Source: Pseudomonadota bacterium (lineage in GTDB: Bacteria > Pseudomonadota > Alphaproteobacteria > UBA828). From it: 64,000 nt of DNA. Below the pieces are notes generated by a model. The model was not told the origin of the DNA. It searched no databases and worked only from the letters and a program-made list of their open reading frames with translations. Below are positions 60,126 through 64,000 of this stretch, in pieces (within the stretch, counting starts at the first letter, position 1; every line of letters starts with the position of its first letter). The translations under genes and the position numbers were made by a program. The stretch spans positions 23,163-87,162 of the forward strand of contig JAQBTG010000003.1 in the NCBI GenBank assembly GCA_027624955.1, written 5' to 3'.

Positions 60126-60397
60126 GAGCTGTGCCGCTCTTTGATAAATTCTAGAAGCCGGTCCATGGTGCTCGTCTGGAAGCGCTGCGGAATCGGTTGG
60201 CGGCCAGTAATCCAGTCGAGAATTTCTGGATCATGGGCGCCGTCCAACAGATCTTCGAGGGCGCCCGTCGCTTCGGTATCAAAGCAATCGCCATACTCCG
60301 CCACGAAGCCACCTAACAGGACATCCGTCTCCCGGGTGCCGGTGTGGTTGGTGCGGTAGCGCAGACGTTTTCTGCGGGTCTCTAAACTATGTTCCAT
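60122..60397 (-). CDS. sdhE: Succinate dehydrogenase flavinylation factor SdhE (SdhAF2/DUF339)
   Basis: 91 aa MEHSLETRRKRLRYRTNHTGTRETDVLLGGF... with the R-x-x-Y-R-S/T-x-R-G-x-x-E-x-D motif. Conserved mfd-sdhE-recG neighbourhood. Start coordinate is within about 1 nt. Confidence 0.75.
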   Translation of the reverse strand: MEHSLETRRKRLRYRTNHTGTRETDVLLGGFVAEYGDCFDTEATGALEDLLDGAHDPEILDWITGRQPIPQRFQTSTMDRLLEFIKERHSS

Positions 60398-60494
60398 GGG
60401 GTATTCCGGCGCTGTTCGCGCGGGATAATAGGAGAGCTCTGCGGCGTTGTCAGCCATTGCCGCTTTGCCGGTGCGGAGGTAGCCTCTGAGTACC

Positions 60495-62576
60495 ATGCGT
60501 CCGGAAATTTTGAACCCACTTTTCGCCCCAGTGAGCACTCTTCCCGGGGTGGGTCCGCGCATCGCTGCGGCCATCGAGCAGTGCGCCGGGCCGCTGGTCG
60601 TCGACCTGTTGTGGCATCTGCCAAGCGGTCTCATTGACCGGCGGTTCTCACCGACAATCGCTGAGGCCCCGGCCGGCGTCATCGTCACCTTGAAAGTGCG
60701 CGTCGAGTCCCACCACAAACCCGCAATGCGCCGGTTGCCTTACAAAGTGCGCTGTTCCGATGAAAGCGGCGAACTCTCCCTGGTGTTTTTCCATGCGCGT
60801 GAAAAATATCTGCTCCAAAACCTGCCAATTGGCGAAATTCGCGTAGTCAGCGGGCGGACGGAGCGCTATGGCGACGAAATTCAGCTGGTGCATCCGGATC
60901 ACATTGCGCGCGAGGATGAGATCGAAAACCTGCTGAGCGTCGAGCCGATCTATCCTTTGACGGCGGGTTTGAACTTGAAGCCGCTGTCGAAAGCGATACA
61001 GGCGGCACTCGATCGCGCGCCTGAACTGCCGGAATGGTGTGACCCGGCCTATCTTGCGCGCCAGAAATGGCCGGCGTGGAAAACCGCTTTGATGGCCGCG
61101 CACCAACCGCAAGGCGAAGCAGATTTGGACGCTAATTCGAGCACGCGCGAGCGCCTCGCCTATGACGAATTGCTGGCCAATCAAATGGCTCTAGCGCTGT
61201 TACGGGCTTCTCTCCAGCGTGCTAAAGGACGCGAAACCAAGGGCGATGGGCGACTTCGCGAGACTGTCGGCGCCCAGTTGCCGTTTTCGCTCACCGCCGG
61301 GCAAATATCGGCAGTTCAAGAAATTGAGGCCGATCTTGGGCAACCGCACCGAATGCTGCGCCTGCTGCAGGGAGATGTCGGCAGCGGCAAGACGGTGGTC
61401 GCGCTATTCACCATGTTGATCGCTGTCGAGGCCGGCGCCCAAGCGGCATTGATGGCGCCGACCGAACTCCTGGCGCGCCAGCATTTTGCGACGCTTGAAA
61501 AACTGTTAGCGGAGAGTGGTGTGACCGTGGCGCTGCTGACCGGGCGCGCCAAGAAGAGTGAACGTGTGACCGTATTGGCGCGCCTTGCTGCAGGCGAAGT
61601 GGATATTGCCGTAGGCACCCATGCGCTTTTCCAAAGCGGCGTAGAATTTTCCGATCTGGCGGTAGCAGTCGTCGACGAGCAACACCGGTTTGGCGTGCAT
61701 CAACGCATGACCCTGGCGGCCAAGGGCAAAGGGGTGGATGTGCTTGTGATGACGGCAACGCCCATTCCGCGCACCCTCATGCTGACCGCCTATGGCGATT
61801 TGCAGAGCTCGCGCTTGCTTGAGAAGCCCGCCGGCCGGGCCGCGATCAAAACCCGTGTGCTGCCGATCGAGCGATTGGAAGAGGTTGTCGCCGGTATCAG
61901 GAGAGCCGTGGAATCAGGCGCACGAGTCTATTGGATTTGTCCCTTGGTCGAGGAATCGGAAGCCCTCGACCTGGCGGCAGTAGAAGAGCGCCATGGGCAA
62001 CTCAAGAGCATATTCGGCGCCCGTGTCGGTCTTGTGCATGGCCGCCTAAAAAGCGACGAAAAAGACGCCGCCATGTCTGCTTTCGCCAGCGGCGCGCTTG
62101 ACGTTCTCGTAGCAACCACGGTGATCGAAGTCGGCATAGATGTGCCTGATGCCACAATCATTGTGATCGAACATGCGGAGCGCTTTGGTCTCGCCCAATT
62201 ACATCAATTGCGCGGCCGCGTGGGGCGTTCGGACAAGCCCGGCAACTGCCTGCTGTTGTATGCGCCACCACTCGGCGAGACCGCGCGCGCACGCCTCGAA
62301 ATCTTGCGCGAAACCGATGACGGCTTTCGTATCGCCGAAGAGGATCTCAAACTGCGTGGCGCCGGAGAATTGCTGGGTACGCGCCAGAGCGGATTGCCGG
62401 AGCTTCGCCTCGCCGACCTCGCCCGGCACGGCGAATTGTTGGCAACGGCACGCGACGATGCCCGCCTGATTATGGAGCGCGATCCGGAATTGAAGTCTGA
62501 GCGCAGCAACGCCCTGCGTGTTCTGCTATATCTCTTTGAGCGCGACGCCGCGGCGCGTTATTTGCGCTCGGCCTAA
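60495..62576 (+). CDS. recG: ATP-dependent DNA helicase RecG
   Basis: 693 aa with wedge domain, Walker A (GDVGSGKT), DEQH box and TRG motif. Confidence 0.95.
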   Translation: MRPEILNPLFAPVSTLPGVGPRIAAAIEQCAGPLVVDLLWHLPSGLIDRRFSPTIAEAPAGVIVTLKVRVESHHKPAMRRLPYKVRCSDESGELSLVFFHAREKYLLQNLPIGEIRVVSGRTERYGDEIQLVHPDHIAREDEIENLLSVEPIYPLTAGLNLKPLSKAIQAALDRAPELPEWCDPAYLARQKWPAWKTALMAAHQPQGEADLDANSSTRERLAYDELLANQMALALLRASLQRAKGRETKGDGRLRETVGAQLPFSLTAGQISAVQEIEADLGQPHRMLRLLQGDVGSGKTVVALFTMLIAVEAGAQAALMAPTELLARQHFATLEKLLAESGVTVALLTGRAKKSERVTVLARLAAGEVDIAVGTHALFQSGVEFSDLAVAVVDEQHRFGVHQRMTLAAKGKGVDVLVMTATPIPRTLMLTAYGDLQSSRLLEKPAGRAAIKTRVLPIERLEEVVAGIRRAVESGARVYWICPLVEESEALDLAAVEERHGQLKSIFGARVGLVHGRLKSDEKDAAMSAFASGALDVLVATTVIEVGIDVPDATIIVIEHAERFGLAQLHQLRGRVGRSDKPGNCLLLYAPPLGETARARLEILRETDDGFRIAEEDLKLRGAGELLGTRQSGLPELRLADLARHGELLATARDDARLIMERDPELKSERSNALRVLLYLFERDAAARYLRSA

Positions 62577-63328
62577 GTTTGGCTCGATTGGTCGACCGTA
62601 CCGTCCCCATCCCCGGGCGCTGGCGGGCTCTTTGAATCAGGCGGCGACACAATGCCGCCTGAGATGACCAACTTTACCCCCTCTTCTACCGTCATGTTCA
62701 TGGTGATGCAGTCCTTACGCGGGACGAACAGAAGGAATCCAGATGTGGGGTTTGGCGTCGTTGGCAGGAAAACATTGACCATCTCATCTGCCGTCACGCG
62801 CTGAACTTCGCCCTGGGTGTTGCTGGTCACAAATCCGAGCACCCAAATGCCCTTGCGCGGATATTCGATCAAAACGACTTCGCGGAAGGCGCCTTCCGAT
62901 TGCGCCAATACGGCATCGAATATTTGCTTCAAGACGCCATATATCGTGCGTACCACGGGGACGCGCGAAACCATGTTCTCGCCCAATTTGACCATGAAAC
63001 GGCCAAATAAATTGGTCACCAGGAAGCCGATGATGGTGACCACAAATAGCACCACGATTACGCCGATGCCGGGCACGCTCACGCCGAGCACATTGGACGG
63101 GTTGTAGGCGTCCGGAATGAGCGGCACCACTGTGTCGTCGACAAAGGCGACGAACAGCCAAATCAGCCAGATCGTAATGCCGACCGGCGCAGAGACAACG
63201 ATACCGGTGAGAAAATAACGGCGCAGCCGGGCCAGCAAGCCGCGCTTGGGCGCCGGCTTGATCAGGACCGGGCGTTCCTTGCTGCCGGCCTCCGATGTCG
63301 GACTATTTTTGGTCTTTTTCGCGTTCAT
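62573..63328 (-). CDS. DUF502-family membrane protein
   Basis: 251 aa with two TM helices followed by a conserved DUF502 core (VPVVRTIYGVLKQI...). Confidence 0.7.
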   Translation of the reverse strand: MNAKKTKNSPTSEAGSKERPVLIKPAPKRGLLARLRRYFLTGIVVSAPVGITIWLIWLFVAFVDDTVVPLIPDAYNPSNVLGVSVPGIGVIVVLFVVTIIGFLVTNLFGRFMVKLGENMVSRVPVVRTIYGVLKQIFDAVLAQSEGAFREVVLIEYPRKGIWVLGFVTSNTQGEVQRVTADEMVNVFLPTTPNPTSGFLLFVPRKDCITMNMTVEEGVKLVISGGIVSPPDSKSPPAPGDGDGTVDQSSQT

Positions 63329-63516
63329 ACGTACCTATCGAGCGTACCTAATGGGCCGATAACATCAACGACCGCGGCGATTACAGCATTTTTTTGCAAG
63401 CGACATGCACGCAAAAGAGCGCAGTGACGGCGGGCACAGAAGCCTTCGCCGTGATAATTCATAAATGGTATAAGCATATATAATGCGCATAACGCGCGCC
63501 TGGCAGGAATATAACT

Positions 63517-64000
63517 ATGGCATCGACCGCAACAGCAGCGAACGCGCGCCTCGGCGGGCTGGCAACAGCCGTTCCAGATCATGTGTTGAATCAGGAAGAC
63601 GTCATGCGCGGCGCGGCAAAACTATTTCAGGGCTCCTTTCATGATTTCGAGCGGTTGATTCCGGTATTCAAGAATGCCGCCATCGGCACGCGCCATTCCT
63701 GCGTCCCGATCGAATGGTATTTGGAAGAGCATAGCTTTGCCGAGCGCAATGCATTGTTCATAGAGAACGCCGTGAACCTCCTTGAGCAGGCAGTTTTGCG
63801 TTGTTTGGAACGCGCCGGCCTCGCCATCGAAGACGTCGACGCCCTGGTGGTTGCCTCAACCTCGGGTATTGCTGCGCCCAGCCTGGATGCGCTGTTACTC
63901 GAACGTCTTGAGATGCGGCGTAATGTGCAGCGACTGCCGATCTTCGGCCTCGGCTGCGCCGGCGGCGTGATCGGCTTGGCACGGGCGGGCGCCCTGGCGC
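63517..64000 (+). CDS. Type III polyketide synthase (chalcone-synthase-like), 3' end outside the window
   Basis: N-terminal GLATAVPDHVLNQEDVM..., then the active-site Cys context IFGLGCAGGVIGL characteristic of type III PKS. AGGAAT RBS. ORF runs off the window end. Confidence 0.6.
   Translation, partial: MASTATAANARLGGLATAVPDHVLNQEDVMRGAAKLFQGSFHDFERLIPVFKNAAIGTRHSCVPIEWYLEEHSFAERNALFIENAVNLLEQAVLRCLERAGLAIEDVDALVVASTSGIAAPSLDALLLERLEMRRNVQRLPIFGLGCAGGVIGLARAGALA

Noticed and set aside
1-64000. CRISPR arrays, transposases, integrases, phage genes, toxin-antitoxin or known defence-system genes
   Set aside because: None of the ORFs of 60 aa or more shows a transposase DDE, tyrosine/serine recombinase, Cas, restriction-modification or abortive-infection signature. 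No spacer-repeat periodicity was seen. The only tandem repeats are intragenic (18-bp in the MBL gene, 15-bp in metY).

Overview
The window reads as a 64 kb chromosomal segment of a hopanoid- and PHA-producing alphaproteobacterium. Coding GC is about 58-60%, gene content and synteny are alpha-like (aroQ-accB-accC-aat, hom-glpX-recJ, rplM-rpsI-argC, mfd-sdhE-recG), and there are a few AT-rich intergenic islands. It is densely coding: about 60 protein genes are supportable, plus one tRNA-Glu(UUC). No rRNA, CRISPR array, transposase or integrase was recognised. Most genes are housekeeping: amino-acid and cofactor metabolism (aminotransferases, ggt, thiSG, aroQ, argC, hom, metY), fatty-acid initiation (accBC), ribosomal proteins, DNA repair (recJ, mfd, recG), GlcNAc catabolism (nagK/nagA), phaC, cspA, and two histidine-kinase genes. 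The region most worth a second look is a hopanoid/MEP supercluster at about 41.7-56.1 kb: ispH-hpnH, then hpnG-shc-dxs, then hpnA...hpnD-hpnC-dxr. Its canonical hpnE is missing from the locus. Embedded in it is a CDP-alcohol phosphatidyltransferase whose stop overlaps the hpnA start (ATGA), with a divergent GxGxR nucleotidyltransferase, a PagL-like outer-membrane acyloxyacyl hydrolase, a DUF1801 protein and a CutA-like gene. That combination is a candidate uncharacterised hopanoid or membrane-lipid head-group module. Other notable items are an MBL-fold hydrolase fused to a histone-H1-like Lys/Ser/Ala tail encoded by 18-bp tandem repeats, a fused ThiS-ThiG ORF with no detectable THI-box, a cyclase/COG0523-GTPase/amidase operon, a hybrid HK-receiver with no sensor domain, a hexapeptide-repeat gene remnant, and a type III PKS truncated at the window edge. 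Start codons are chosen from the six-frame track, which counts GTG/TTG as starts, plus RBS inspection. Features read directly off sequence lines (tRNA, promoter, repeats) may be off by about 1 nt.
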